Shown here piece by piece: positions 38,501 to 53,500 of a stretch of DNA of 64,000 nucleotides. Position 1 is the first letter of the stretch; the number at the start of each line of letters is the position of its first letter. The DNA is taken from the NCBI RefSeq assembly GCF_021869535.1, contig NW_026262679.1, positions 27,404,001 to 27,468,000 of the forward strand. Direction: 5' to 3'. Source of the DNA: Mytilus californianus. Taxonomy: Eukaryota. Position numbers and translations under genes: made by a program. Below the pieces are notes generated by a model. That model was not told the origin of the DNA. It did no database searches and saw only the letters and a program-made list of their open reading frames with translations.

Positions 38501-41500
38501 TTATCTGAAGAATATGTGATGTGAAAAAACTCATTCAGTATTTATATTTCATGCTGTCAGCATTTTTATTTGTATTCCTGCACCTTCGTTGTCCTAAGCT
38601 CTTCATTAAATCCCATATCACTGTTTAGTGATGTCATATGTGTTTGATATAGTCTTGATAACTGACCAGACCTATCATTGACTTCATATTTAACCAGACA
38701 TTTTTAGTCCTCTACCGACGAAGTCGAAGGGGACTTTAGGTTTGCACTCCGTCCGTCTGTCTATCTGTCCGTCCGTCAGTTCTGGGAAATCAGTTTTCCA
38801 CACTTTTTTTCGTCGTGCTAGAAGATATTGATTTGATATTTGGTGTATTGTTTTATCATGACAAGTTACAGATCAAGTTGGAATTTTGTTCCGGTCTGAT
38901 GATTTTGTGCAGAGTTATGGTCCTTGGACTTAAAAAATTCACTTAAATAATCAGTTTTCCACTTTTTTCGTCATGCTTGAAGATATTGATTGATAATTGG
39001 TATATAGTTTTATCATTACAAGTTACAGATCAAGTTTGAATTTTATTCCTGTCTGATGATTTTGTGCAGAGTTATGGTCCTTGGACTTAAAAAATTCACT
39101 TAAATAATCAGTTTTCCACACTTTTTTTCGTCATGCTTGAAGATATTTTTTGATATTTGTTATATAGTTTACACAATGACAAGTTATAGATCAAGTTAGC
39201 ATTTTGTTCCAGTACATTGAATTTTTATACGACCGCAAAAAATTTTGCAGTCGTATATTGGTATCACGTCGTCGTTGACATCCGAAGACATTTGGTTTCC
39301 GGACAATAACTTTAGTATAAGTAAATTGAAATCTATGAAATTTAAACACAAGGTTTATAACCACAAAAAGAAGGTTGGGATTGATTTTGGGGGTTATGGT
39401 CCTAACAGTTTAGGAATTAGGGGCCAAAAAAGGGCCCAAAAAAGCATTTTTCTAGTTTCCAGACAATAACTTGTGGAACAGTGTATGAATCTCTCTGAAA
39501 TTATACCACAAGTTTCCATACCACAAAGGGATGGTTAGGATTGACTTTGGGGGGTTATGGCTCAAACCGTTTAGGAATTAGGGGTAAAAAAGGGGGAAAA
39601 ACAAGGGTTTCTTGGTTAATGGACAATTTAAAAGCAGTGTAAGGGAGGTAATCCAAACACATTTAAAGTACAATGTTGTGTATGTTTGGATTACCTCCCT
39701 TACACTGCTTTTAAATTATGTAAAAAGAAATGTTGTATTGTCTTGAGGTGATTAGCTGTCAATTTATTTTTAGAAGTTTCTATTAAAGGAATATCAATTT
39801 TAGCCATGATTATGTATGTCATTTTCTATTTTAAGACTTTTATGATGTATTTAATTGGTAATTATGGTTGCAAACTCCATTGGAAATTTGAATTGAGATT
39901 ATGACCATATCTTGAGGGAAAGAATTTTTTTTTTGGAAAAAGGGGGAGGGAGGTGAAAAAAAAATTGGGGGGGGGGCAATTTTTTCTCATTTCAGATTTC
40001 AGAAATTAAAAAAAGAAAATTTCTTCAAATATTATTTATTTTTTGCAAAAATTTTTTTTGGGGGTCAATTTGCAACAGCATAGTGTATTGCACAAAAGCA
40101 AAAATAAGGGGGGGGGGGAGTAATTTTTTTTTTGTTTGGGGGGGGGGGGGGGGGGGTCAATTCGCAACAGCATAGTGTATTGAACAAAAGCAAAAAATTG
40201 AATATAAATTCAAATCATATAAATAAGTTCTTTGACTACAGTTATTCTGTGTCAGAAACCTATTATGTGTCAAATATTTAATTATAATCCAAATTTAGAC
40301 CTGTATTGAGTGCGAATATTGTGTCCATTTTTGCCCCAACTGTTCAGGGTTGGACCTTTGCTGTCGTATCCAGCTGCGCTCAGCGAAGCATTTTATTAAC
40401 TGGTAGGGGACTATGTATTGCCATGCAATACTCGCAGAATGCTTGTTAATTTTGATATAGAATTTACACTATATAGAACCTTTTTGAGCTCATTCACTAC
40501 ATTCATTTGCCAAACCCTTCATATTTTGACTCTTAGTTTAATACAATATTAATATGAAGAAAAACCTGATGATTGGTAATGATGATGTAATTTTGTTTCT
40601 TAGTGGTCATTTTTTTTTAAAACTTGAATTTGAAATTGATGTTTCTTTCATAAAATTGAAAAATACAATACATTATATCTTAAAAGAAACTTATGTATGG
40701 GTATTTCAATTGTTTAAAAAAATCTAAACCCAATGAAATACTTGACATCCAGCTTTTTAAGATGGTTCTTAGCATCCTTTTCCAAAAAACCTTCATATTT
40801 TAACTCACATGCAGTTACAATATCAGTATCCTGAAAACATGATGATTGGTACATATGATGTCATTATGTTTCTGAGTTGTCTACAGCTTTGTTTCTACAG
40901 TAAGAACTTGAATTAAAATTGAAGATTCTTCCATAAAAACTGAAAATACAATACATTATATCCTAAAAAAAACCTTTTGTTTTGAGAAAGGTGATGGTTA
41001 TTACACCTTTATTAAAAATAGCTTAATAATTCATGAAAAGTTTTTATCTTGTAGCTATGTCATTATATATTGTATTACCAATTCAACAAGGATGTCAGTA
41101 TGAATAATGAAAAAAAAATACTTCTTTCCATTTAATTATGAAAATATGTCAACCCTGGAAAAAGCTCTGCCTTCTAGGGACATGACTTTTTTTTTTTAAA
41201 AAATTGTCATATTTCCCTAATGAAAAGAACGTATAGTTACATAGAATTTACATATTTTTTTTTCCATTTAATAACAGAACATGATAAGTTTATAAATTGA
41301 TCATTTTAATTATTGATATGTTGTAATCCCTTGATATTGATATTTTCTATTTGATCATAGAATATGATCTGTAATGTTCTTTAATTGTTCTCCAAATGCC
41401 AGTATTATGATAAGAATGCAATATGACTTATCGTTGTATAAATCAAATGGAATAAAATAGTTCTATAGAGTTAGGTACACCAGACTAGGATATGTTAAAT

Positions 41501-44500
41501 TGGTGATGAAAATTATTTATAACACATAGAACACAGACTTAAACCAACAAAGAGATAATGTATAGTGTGAAGAAGTTACCCATGAGAGAAGTTATCGCTT
41601 TTTTAGTCATTATTTCTTGGAATGAATGTCATTTGGGTCCCAGTACTTATAGTAATAATTCAGTGTTATTTATTCAGTTCAATAAGGGATTTTCTTATTA
41701 CTGTCAAACATGAAAATGAAAGGTCCTTTGTGGTCAAATATTGTGGAATCACTGTAAAAGTTCCTATATATAGCCATACATTGAAGTGGAATAATTATAA
41801 GTTATAAACAGAGCTAAATTAAATTACCGAATGTTTGCTTTTGACAATCTAACCATGAAAATCAGTCCGACTCTAAATATTTTTATTGCATTTTAGTTTC
41901 AAAATTTATTTTTTTATCCTGATTATGCCTGTTCTTTAAGAAGTGCTCATTTTCACTTCATTGTAAAATAAAACTATTTGTCTTATGTAACTAATGTCAG
42001 AGTCTGAGTCTAAAAAGGTAAACTAAAGATATAATGTTTCAGGACCAGTGAACAGAGAGGAAGATACTGTTAACCAACTTATTTTGGTGGATACTTAAAT
42101 TTTGCATTAGACCCTTTATAGCCAACCTCATGTTGATTTATTTTAGCTATTTTTCTTGATGTTTTATATAAGGGACGATCTAAGTTTTATATATGCACGA
42201 TATTGACAACATAACTTGCTACAGTATGAATTCAAACAGTGCAATGTGCACTCAGGACATCTGGGGAATTATGATAACAAAACTATAATTTTTAATGTAT
42301 ATTTTAGGTTGTTTCGGTAGGTGTGAATTTGTTTTTATTATTATTTGATTATGCTTAATTTCATAGTTTGAAATAGTTATAAGAAAGGTTATGAAATCAC
42401 CTGGGAAAGCTTTTAAGATAGATTTGCTTTCCTGTAAAAATCTTCGTTTTTTTCAGCATTATTACAGCAAAGTTGTTGGATTTTGTAATTTTTAGTAGCC
42501 TTTCCAACAAAGATGCAATGTTTAGCTCCTATCTTATGCTTTAATCCCTTTCCCTTCCTTATAATTTAATTGAAAGGTGTAGGGTGGCTGAATAGGTATA
42601 TACCATTGGTTTTTTAGATATCATGAAATGTTTTCATGAAATATAAACATTTTCATGTTATGTGTAAATTTTTATCACAAAACACCTCTGACAGCCTAGT
42701 CCATGTATTATATACAGTTGTCTTGACAAGAATATTTCTAGTTACATAGCAGTAATAAATTATTATTTTCTCTTTTCTCTTGTTGAAATTATAATTACTC
42801 AGGTCTAACATCTTGATTCAGGTGTTTAAAGATTTACAGGAGTTCTGCTTCAGAAATTTTGTTTTCAACAGCTTGGTAACATTTAAATTGAACTGCAAGC
42901 AATATGGACAATCTTTATAGAATTTTGCAGTTGTCATGGTTTTGATTTAATCATAGTACATGTTCAAATCTATGAAAAGGATATGCAAGTGGTTGAGTTT
43001 TTAGTTTAAGGGTTTTAATGGAGTATTTAATCTATGAAAAGACCAATAATAATTTAACATTGTCTGTCAATTTCTAAATCAATTTTCTTATCTTATTACT
43101 TTGAACTGTATGTTTTCATTTTCAGCATAAATTAAAAACATTAAATCCACGTTGGTTGGAACAGTTTGACCTAAGAATGTTTGATGACCAATCAAATTTG
43201 TTAGAACTCTCTGTGTATGACCATGATTCCAGAGGAAGGGATGACTTTATGGGCAGGTAATAGAACTTACTGACCTAATGTATATGCTGATTTGAAAACA
43301 ATAAGAATTTTTTTCATTGATCATTGATTCATCAGAATACTTCTATTAGCTTTCCTGAACCATAGGTCCAGTGTGAGTTGTTGCCATCAATTTCTGTCCA
43401 TTGTCTGTCGTCCATCGTTTGTTAATGTTTACACTTCTTTTCTGAAACTACTAGACCAATTGCAACAAAACATTCTTTAAAATTTGTATTGGATGAACCC
43501 ACAGGCAGTTATGGTTTAAAATTGAACGTAGGTGTAAAATGGAAATGATCATCTATTATCTTGAAAATCATAATAGATTTTACTCATATCGAAACACAAG
43601 CAAACTTATAGAAATGACAAAATCACTTGGAAACAAGGTTGCTTAGTATATTGAATCAATTATTATTCTGTTTCATAATGCCTTGTGTATAGGTTGTAGT
43701 ATCTCATCAATTATATTTCAAGAAATATGTAGGAAGTTAAGAAAGAAATATGTTTGGATGCATAAAAAAAAATTCTATAGTTGCATATTAATCATGTCTT
43801 CAAATGATAGATTGGTCTTCATGGAATTGTCTGGGTGTGTTAGTTTGTATCATACATCCATCATTAGACATTATTTCACTGCAGTTCAATCAATAGACAC
43901 TATTTGACTGCAGATGTAAATTACTATGGAATCCTTAAAATATCTGCTTTCAAATAAATTCTTCTAAATTTTTATGTATGATCCTAAAGAAGGAAAACGA
44001 TACCGATTGCCATGCATTGTAAACATCTCTGACAATTGATAAAGTTTGAAGTGGCTTTTACAAACTAAATTAGTGATGAGATTTTATTTTAATAAGATCT
44101 GATAACCTTGCATGATGCAGAATCATTATATTGGATACGTTATTGATTTTTATTGTATTAACTGATTTAATTTTTATTTCTTAATAGATTACCATATCAA
44201 AACTTATTCCACTGTAGAGTTTTCTACCTATTTTAGACAAATTCCTTGATCAGAGTAAAAATAAATCATGATAGAAAATTATTGACTTATATCTGAGTTG
44301 AAGTTGCTTAGCAAATGTAGCTAGCCCCTTATAGGTGCTTTAGGAAATGAGAGGCAACACATTCTTTGATGTAATGATTGATTGATTGTTGGTTGCTTAA
44401 TTTCAGTACTTTGATGTAATGCTATGCCAGTCAGTAACTAAGGTCGTCCTATTAATCTGTTCATTTAACATATTTCAACATACTGCACCAACTAAGAAGA

Positions 44501-47500
44501 GGACCAAACTTGACTGCATATCAGGCCTTAAAAAAAATTGAGCCAGCTGGACAATTTTCAATCCTGTTTATAATCTTTTTTACCTTTCTAACAAAAGGCA
44601 ACCAAGGAAATAATTGGACAATGACTGACATAAAACCAATGACTATATACTGACTGAATAAGTGTGCCTGTTCTAGGGAAAATGTCAAGTCAAAAACAGA
44701 ACAAGACAGGTCAATTTTCTTCAGTCCGGAAAATATAACCATTTTGGAAGCCATGCTGCTTATGTAATAATCACAGTACATGCAGTGCTTCTGCACAACC
44801 TGTGCATGTTAAATATATTAGGGAACAAAACATTTCCTGGCACTGAGGTTCATATAGGTGTTTATAATGTGTCCAAAATAGAATTTAGCAAAACTGATGT
44901 CCATCCATATACATGTATATTTTTTTCCAGTTTGCTTCAGTCCATTCACTTTTTATAAATATCATTACGTAATGTGTCATTTAACCTGAGTGCCTTTTAT
45001 TATCTATGTTATGCCTATACCAATAACTATTAATTCTGCTCTCAATGAAATTCAGAAATTATCATAAGTATGTATACATTTAGTAATCACCAGACCATGT
45101 CTTCTGTGGAATTTGTTAAGCAGGCTTCCATTTCAGCATCATTTTCAGTTACATGTATATTGCGTTGGTTTTTTCTTCTCAATATATTGTATTGCTGCTT
45201 TTGGCTGTGCATGCTTTTTTGATTCATTTGATGGTAAATATTTGTGTTAATGCTACGATTGAAATGTATTTAGTGCAGTAATGCAAACCAGTAAATAATG
45301 CCAAGATAGCCAAATTTTAGATCTTGTCATTATTATTTAGATTTGTTTGTTTGTTGGTGTTTAACAACATATCATGATGGCTAGATATTAATCATTGAGG
45401 AAGTCGGAATGCCAACCAATACTTTTGTCACACTTTTCTAAAACTTCTATAACACAAATGATTTCATATTTGGTCATCAGGTTTGACTGTGATGAGTTGT
45501 AAAGTGTGTGTGACTATCTGATTTGTTAGACACCAATTCCTCTTCTCTTCTACTTTGATTTACAAGTTGGGGGTATACTTAGCATGACAATGCAGGCTTA
45601 TATTTACAATTGCAGAGGCATTCTTGTTTTCCAATTGCAGGGGCCAAAAATTGGCTTTGATCATAATTACTCTTTTATATGCTTTTTGCTTATAATGATT
45701 GTTTTCTCATTCTGGAATTATTGCCAGGGCTTAAATCGTTCAAAATCTAACAGCATGTCTTGTTATAATCCAGGTGATGTCCAACTGCGACTCATTTCAC
45801 AAAAAATCTTAGGAGAAAAATACTTGTAAGTCATGAATATTTCAGTATAACTTACGATTGATTTTAGTTTTAAGATTTTTTGTGAAAAGAGCCCCAGATC
45901 TTTATGAATTGTTAGAAAAATGTTTATTTCCATGAAGACAAGCTTTCTTTTTTATTTAGAAGATTAAACAAAATGTCATTTTTAAGTTATGGGACTTTGG
46001 CAAATAATAAGCCATTTATGTGTGTCTTACAGTTTTCAATATAAAGGAGATGAGTGTATCGCACACTTGTGGTGCAGCTGTTATGCTACAAATGTACAAG
46101 TGATCATGTGTTACACAAACAAGTTAATAATATATGTACCGACTTTACATACATACAAGTATGAATTATCTATTTAGCAATGCATCCATCCCAATTAAAG
46201 AGTCGTTAACCTTAACTGTTGAACTATTAAATAAGCAAAAGTTAACAATACTTGCAGATGAAAAAGTGAGAAGATAATACTGTACTGGTTATTGTCTAAT
46301 GGTCTGGAAATAACTTTCACTTCTTTTCTTACAAAATATGTAAATTGCACCAAATCAATATCAAACAAAAGAAAATTTATCATGAAAAACTGCAGATGAA
46401 AATGAAAGTATTGTATCTGTTATTCAAGAGAAAACACATGTAAGTGCATGTAAGACTTAAATCCTTTTAGCAGTAATTGAAAATGAAAAATACAACACTT
46501 AAAAGTGCAGATGAAAACAAAAGTCCTGTGATTATGACTCTCAAGAAGATTTTAGTCATTACATTAGAATTTGTATTCTAATCTTGTTGACAATAAAGCA
46601 CTTAATGCTTGAAGAGGTCTAACTAGTTCAGAATTAATACAAAAATCAATTTGAAATAATTTCCTGTAGGTTGTGTCTAGGATTGATACCTCCCAGAAGA
46701 ATTATCCATTTTATTCTGATGATTGTAACACTTTGCTGTCCATTCATGGAGAAATGGTTAGAAATGTTAATTGCACTATCCATCAGCTTCTCTTTTCATC
46801 TGGCACCTAAATGGATGTTAGATAGCCATTAGTGATTATCTAAGGCACTTTTGAATTTAAAGATGTCCAAGCCTGATACATTGATGAATACAAATGCTCT
46901 TTGATTGGATAAAACTTTTCATGATCAGAGAATTTTGTCACTGTGGTTGTTTTTTCTTATGCATATAAATGAAAATATCATCTTTCTGCATTTCATTTTG
47001 TATGCAACATTAGTTTTTTCATTTAGATTATAGAATTTTATATGCATGAGGTGATATTTTATTCCCCTTTTCCTATGTTTAAGACTGGAATGTATTTTAT
47101 AACCAGTTGATATCCTGCATTCATGATGAAAAACAACAATGAAAGTGCTGTTCCTTTGCTTTTGGTTTTGTTAGTGCATGTAGATATTTTGTGTCTTGTT
47201 TTCATACTCTATATTCCTTCTTTTTAATTACATCAATAGTTTGTCTCTCTGCTGCGTGGAGGCCTTTGAAATGTTTCCCCCAGCTTGAGGTGTATGCTCC
47301 AATATTTTTACAGCCTATTCTTAGAAAACTTCTCTCATGTATACGACTTCAATTTTTTTGTTGATTTGTTTGTTTATAGAAATTGTTATACAGTCCATCA
47401 GAATTATTTGTCCTATTCATACATTGGTTCCTGCCATGTCATCTTACAAATATTTTTATGTGCCGAGTTGTTGTCGTAATATTTGTTTTAATTATGTATT

Positions 47501-50500
47501 TTTGAAAGCCAGATTCTACAGCTAATTATTTGATAGATCTCTTTCCAGTGAGGTATAAGTGTTTGCTCCAAGTAGTGGGCCCATATTTGACTTTGAAATG
47601 AAGAACACCAATAAAATTGCTGTTCTTTTGCTTTTTTGTATGAATTTGATGTCATGAAAAAATACGTCTTATCCTTTCTTTTCCACTATTATGCTCCCCC
47701 AAATAAATTCTGGAACTTATAGTTGTTGCATTGTTCATCCATCTGTCTGTCCCTGGGTCATTAACAATTCTTTCTGTGTAAAATCTTGAGTTTCCCTTGC
47801 TTCATTTAAACAAAACTTATACCAATGGAGGATATGAGAAAAGGGAAGAAGCCTTTTGATTGATTTTGGGGTCAATATGTCAAAGTTCAAGGTTGTTATT
47901 ACTGACAAAAGAAAGCTTCCAAGATAAAATGATGACTTTCCATTGCTCAATTTAAATAAAATTTATACCAATGAAAGATGTACTTGTAAAGGGGAAGACA
48001 CTTTTTTGGTAAGGGTCAATAGTTCAGAGTTCAAGGTCACTGTTATTTGTAAAAAAATACAGAATTGGTGATAAATCAGTTTTTTTTACAAAAATAGTCA
48101 AATTTATGGTGTGATGTCTTTAAATTTTTGGTTTCTGGATAAAATCTCTAAGTACTGTATTTTATTTTGTAGGAATTTTTATATTTGGCTTGTGCCTCTC
48201 TGACAGGGTTAATGAAACCCCTGCCAAAATGTTAACAGGAAATGAGTGCAAAGGGTTTCTGTATATTAAGTTTCTAGAGCAAGCATGTTTAACATAAGAA
48301 AGCTTTATATATTAAAGTTTCACCAGAATCTAGAAGAAATCTCTTATAATAAAAACAGTTTTTGGATATTTCGATCAGCAATGTTATTAGTCATGTGGAA
48401 TTACTAAAAAGGGAAAAATTCATAAAGCCTTTTATTTACTTTTTACGTATGTGTTTGTCAATATAGGAAATTACTCTTGCAATCAGGATAATAGTTATAC
48501 TAAAATATATAGAAGACAAGGCTGGGTCCAAATCTGAAGTAAAATTCTTTTCAAATTGTTCTTCTGTTTTGCAGAGCTGTTATAGATTTATCAGGAATAG
48601 AAAAGGAAGTGACACACACAATAGACCAACCCTTAGAAGATGAGGGAGGTATCATTAAACTTCTGTTGACAATCAGTGGAACAGTTGGTACTGAAACAAT
48701 CTCAGATCTGGCTAACTACACCTCAAATCCTAGGGAGAAAATAGAAATTGTTAGGAAATATGTAAGTATTTTATTCTTGCTCTTTTTCATGCAGTTTATA
48801 CATAGTCTAACTACTATTCTATGCTTATCTAAAGTTAACTTTTGAAATATGTTGTTAATTCAAAAATTTGTACTTGCCACCACAAAAGTTTGCAGGGAAA
48901 TGTTTTTCTTTTTATTGTCAAATTTTACAATTTCAGGGAACTACAAATTTCTTTAAAATAAGAAGCTTTTGCAACAACTTACATGCACATTACTGAAGTT
49001 AAATTAATCGGGTGGTCTAATATCTATTAATGAATGTTTTACTACACAGAAATATCTGACATTTAGGTACACATATTCAGTATTGGAAAGAAATGAAAAG
49101 CCAGATTTTGATTGAATGAGTGAAATGACTTTTATCAAGATTTTTCAGAGCTGTTTGTATTGAAAGGTCATTAAATAAATTAATAATTTCTTGTTTTTTT
49201 TTTAAATTTAGAAACCTTATATAAAAGCTATTAATTACATATTAATTATATATTTATTATACTTTGATATTATGTGTATAAAGATATTAAGTCATCTGTT
49301 AATGCTTTCTTTTCCTCCATTTTCAGGGTTTATTTAATTCCTTTAAAAATATAAAAGATATCGGTTGGTTGCAGATTAAAGGTTAGTAAAGGATTTATCT
49401 AAAGTGCAATTGATAGGAACAGATTTCTTCATTTACACATTCTGAGTGAGTGACCACTTGTCAGCTTTCAAGAAAATGCCTTGAAAAAGTTGTGAAAATA
49501 TTTTAAGTGAACCAAAAGTTACATTGTTTGAACCAGACAGGGATTTTTTCTCTCTTTTGTAAGTTGCATCACCAGTTTATAAAAGAGCTGAGGTATGATT
49601 GCCAATGAGTTTAAATTACGTGGATGTAAGCAACTATATGTCACTGTATATCCTTCAACAATGAACAAAAACCATACTGTATAGTAAGCTCTTAAAGACC
49701 CCAACATAACAAAATGTGAAACAATCCATACGAGAAAACCAGCATCCTAGTTTATACTAGAAAATAAACAAATGTTAAAGACAGTAACCAATAACAACCG
49801 CATCAATTACAGGCTCCTTCTCATAAAGAATGTATCAGGGTTAAATATTTCTGTTGAAGCTATATTTGCTTACATCCACATCATTTGGTGGATAGTTGTC
49901 TCACTTCTCCTTATTTTAATATTGTGAGTGCTCAACCCTCCCATGGGATAGTGATGTTACAGCAGAGACCTAAGAGCAAACCGTTTAAAATAAGTTGGAA
50001 ATGGCTTGACTCATTTGATTGGCATGAAGCACCAAAAAGACAAAAGACAAAATGTAATGAGTATTCACAGTTGCTATAAAGCTAGTTCAAAGTCAATTTC
50101 AACTAATAGATGATTCATGTACTACTAGTATTTTGTATTTTTGTAAGTCACTCATGAAAATATGACTTGAGGTAAAGGAAAATTTGTATAAGATAAATGC
50201 AGCTACACATTTTACAATTAAAGCTTTTTATTTTTCAGTATTTCGAGCTCAGGGACTTATTGCTGCAGATTTCGGTGGAACTAGTGATCCTTTTTGTGTT
50301 TTAGAATTAGACAATGCACGATTACAGACTCAAACGGAATACAAAACACTTAATCCTGAATGGAACAAAGTATTCACATTGTAAGTATATGGTGACCTGT
50401 AGTTGCTTAAATCCACGTCATTTAGACTTTGGTGCATAGTTGTTTATCAGGTTAAAGTTTTAGTTTAAGGTAGTATACCATGAAGTTATGTCATATCAAC

Positions 50501-53500
50501 TTAAAACTTAGTACACATGTTTATTTAGTCATGAACTTTTTAAAATATATGCCAAATTAGGGTTTTGACTCAGATTTCTCAGTTATATATATATGGACAT
50601 ATATTCGTGTTTATTTTCAATTATGTGAGAAATAAGATAATATTGGTATTCCCTTTTACTATTCCTTCTTTTTCAGTAATGTTAAAGATATACACTCAAT
50701 ATTAGAAGTTACTGTTTATGATGAAGACCGAGATAAAAAAGTCGAATTTCTGGGAAAAATAGCCATTCCTTTGTTACGAGTAAGTATTACTTTCTGAATT
50801 AAACTACACTTCAGATTTATAGGCAATTCATATGACATGAAGCAGTCATAGGTTAAACATGATTGAGACAAACAACTAAACAATATTATTTTAATTGAAA
50901 GAGCAGGTGCCTATTGTGTTTAGTTTTCCCTATTTTTATGCCCCAACTACGATAGTAGAGGGGCATTGTGTTTTTCGGTCTGTGCGTCAGTTCGTTCATC
51001 CGTCCATCCGTCTGACTGTTCGTCCGTCTGTCCAGCTTCAGGTTAAAGTTTTTGGTCAAGGTAGTTTTTGATGAAGTTGAAGTCAAATCCACTTGAAACT
51101 TAGTACACATGTTCCCTATGATATGATCTTTCTAATTTTAATGCAAAATTAGAGTTTTGACCCCAATTTCATGGTCCACTGAACATAGAAAATGATAGTG
51201 CGAGTGCAGCATCTGTGTTACTATGGACACATTCTTGTTTAAAATGTAATTTGCACAACTACTTGAAACTTGTACACATATTTATCATGATGTAAACTTT
51301 TAAGATTATATGCCAAATTAGGGTTTTGACCCAGATTTCACAGTTCACTGGACAAGGAAAATTGATTGTGTGAGCAGAGAGCATGATGTTATGTACACAT
51401 ATCTCAACAACATTTATTCTTGTTGCAACTGTATTTATACCTAGCTAATGTGAGATATGAGCACCTTCACTTTTGTCACATTGGTTATCTCACACTAAAA
51501 ACAAATATTGTGGAAGAAAGGAAACTTACTCTCTCAATAATAAATACTGTTGTATCCATAGGTAATTACCCAGTATAGTATGAACTTTACTTTTACAGAT
51601 TAGATGTGGTGAGAAGAGATGGTATACTCTAAAGGATAAAAAGTTACTTAATAGAACTAAAGGTGCTATAATGTTGGAAATTGATGTAGTTTATAATCCG
51701 GTAAGAAGAGTTGTTTCAGTTTTTTGTTGAGCCTGTGACTTTGACACAGAAAGCTCGACATAGGGATAGTGATCCGTCGGCGGCGTTAACTAACTTCTTA
51801 AAAGCTTTATATTTTAGAAGGTGGAAGACCTGGATGCTTCATACTTTGTATATAGATGCCTTATGTTACGAAGTTTCGGTCTGTCACATGTCCATTGTCC
51901 TTGACCTCATTTTCATGGTTCAGTGACTACTTGGAAAAAAAGTTAATATTTTTTGTAATGTTAATTTCTCTCTTATTATGAGTAATAGGATAACTATATT
52001 TGGTATGTGCGTACCTTGCAAGGTCCTCATGCCCGTCAGACAGTTTTCACTTGACCTCGACCTCATTATATGGATCAGTGAACAAGGTTAAGTTTTGGTG
52101 GTCAAGTCCATATCTCAGATACTAGAAGCAATTGGTCTAGCATATTTGGTGTATGGAAAGGGTTGTAAGGTGTATATGCCCAACTGGCAGGTGTCATCTG
52201 ACCTTGACCTCATTTTCATGGTTCAGTGGTTATAGTTAAGTTTTTGTGTTTTGGTCTGTTTTTCTTAAACTGTATGCAATAGGTATACTATATTTGGTGT
52301 ATTGAATGATTGTATGGTGTACATGTCCAACTGGCAGGTGTCATCTGACCTTGGCTTCATTTTCATGGCTCAGTGGTCAAAAAGTAAAGTTTTTGAGTTT
52401 TGGTCTTTTTTTCTAATACTATATGCAATAGGTCAAATATATTTGGTGTATGGAAATATTTTATGATGTACATGTCAGTCTCGCAGGTTTATTTGACCTT
52501 GACCTCATTTTCACGGTTCATTACTCAGTGTTAAGTTTTTGTGTTTTGGTCTGTTTTTCTTAAACTATAAGCAATAGGTCAACTTTATTTGTTGTATGGA
52601 AGGATTGTAAGCTGTATATGTCTGTCTGGCAGGTATCATCTGACCTTGACCTCATTTTGGTGGTTCATTGGTCAATGTTAAGTTTTCTTTGCTAAGTTTG
52701 TTTCTTAGATACTATAAGCAATAGGTCAACTATATTTAATGCATAGATTGATTGTAAGGTGTACATGTCTGCCTGGCATGATTCATCTGACCTTGACCTC
52801 ATTTTCATGGTACATTGGTCAATCATGAATGTTTAGTTTTCTTGGTTAAGTCTGTTTCTTAGAAACTATAAGCAATAGGTCAACTATATTTAGTGAATTG
52901 AATGATTGTAAGGTGTACATGTATTTCTCGTTTGGTTTATCTGACATTGACCTCATTTTCTTTGATCATGTTAAGTTTATGTGATAGTTGTAGTAAAGCT
53001 TTATATTTAGGACTATCAACATAATATCAATGGTTAGTAAAGAAGGCGAGACATTTCAGCGTGTGCACTCTTGTTTTTACATGCTACTTTCTTCTCATTC
53101 ATACAATTTCAAGGCAGTGGTATATTTAAATGCTTACATTTCTAGTGTAACCTCTGTAATGTCCTAAAAAACACAGGGGATCCCTGGGTAAAGAAATTAG
53201 TTTCTCCTAATGAGGGATACCTAGTGTCCTTGAATGATTGGTAGCTTAGTTGTAAATGTATTTAAATAGAGCAACTGTTCAGGGAAATATTAAACAAATC
53301 CTATCTCATAAGGATCTTCATTTTACAAATCACAGTTGTATTTGAAGTCTTGAAATAAAACTTGTAGAAGGGATCACAAATTTTCAAATGTAAATTTGAT
53401 TGTATACTAAATCTTCAGATAGAGAGAATAACCCAGTAGAGAATATATACACTACATTACTCCGACCCCAAATTAAAATATAATAATGTATTGTTCATTG

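Noticed and set aside
24313-48574. Nested minus-strand gene in the large introns
   Set aside because: There is no chain of phase-consistent exons or recognisable domain; the track ORFs are low-complexity AT-rich noise.
50720-50760. Fifth Ca2+ ligand of C2C is Glu (VEFLG) rather than Asp
   Set aside because: As I recall, this is common in invertebrate MCTPs; C2A and C2B keep all five Asp.
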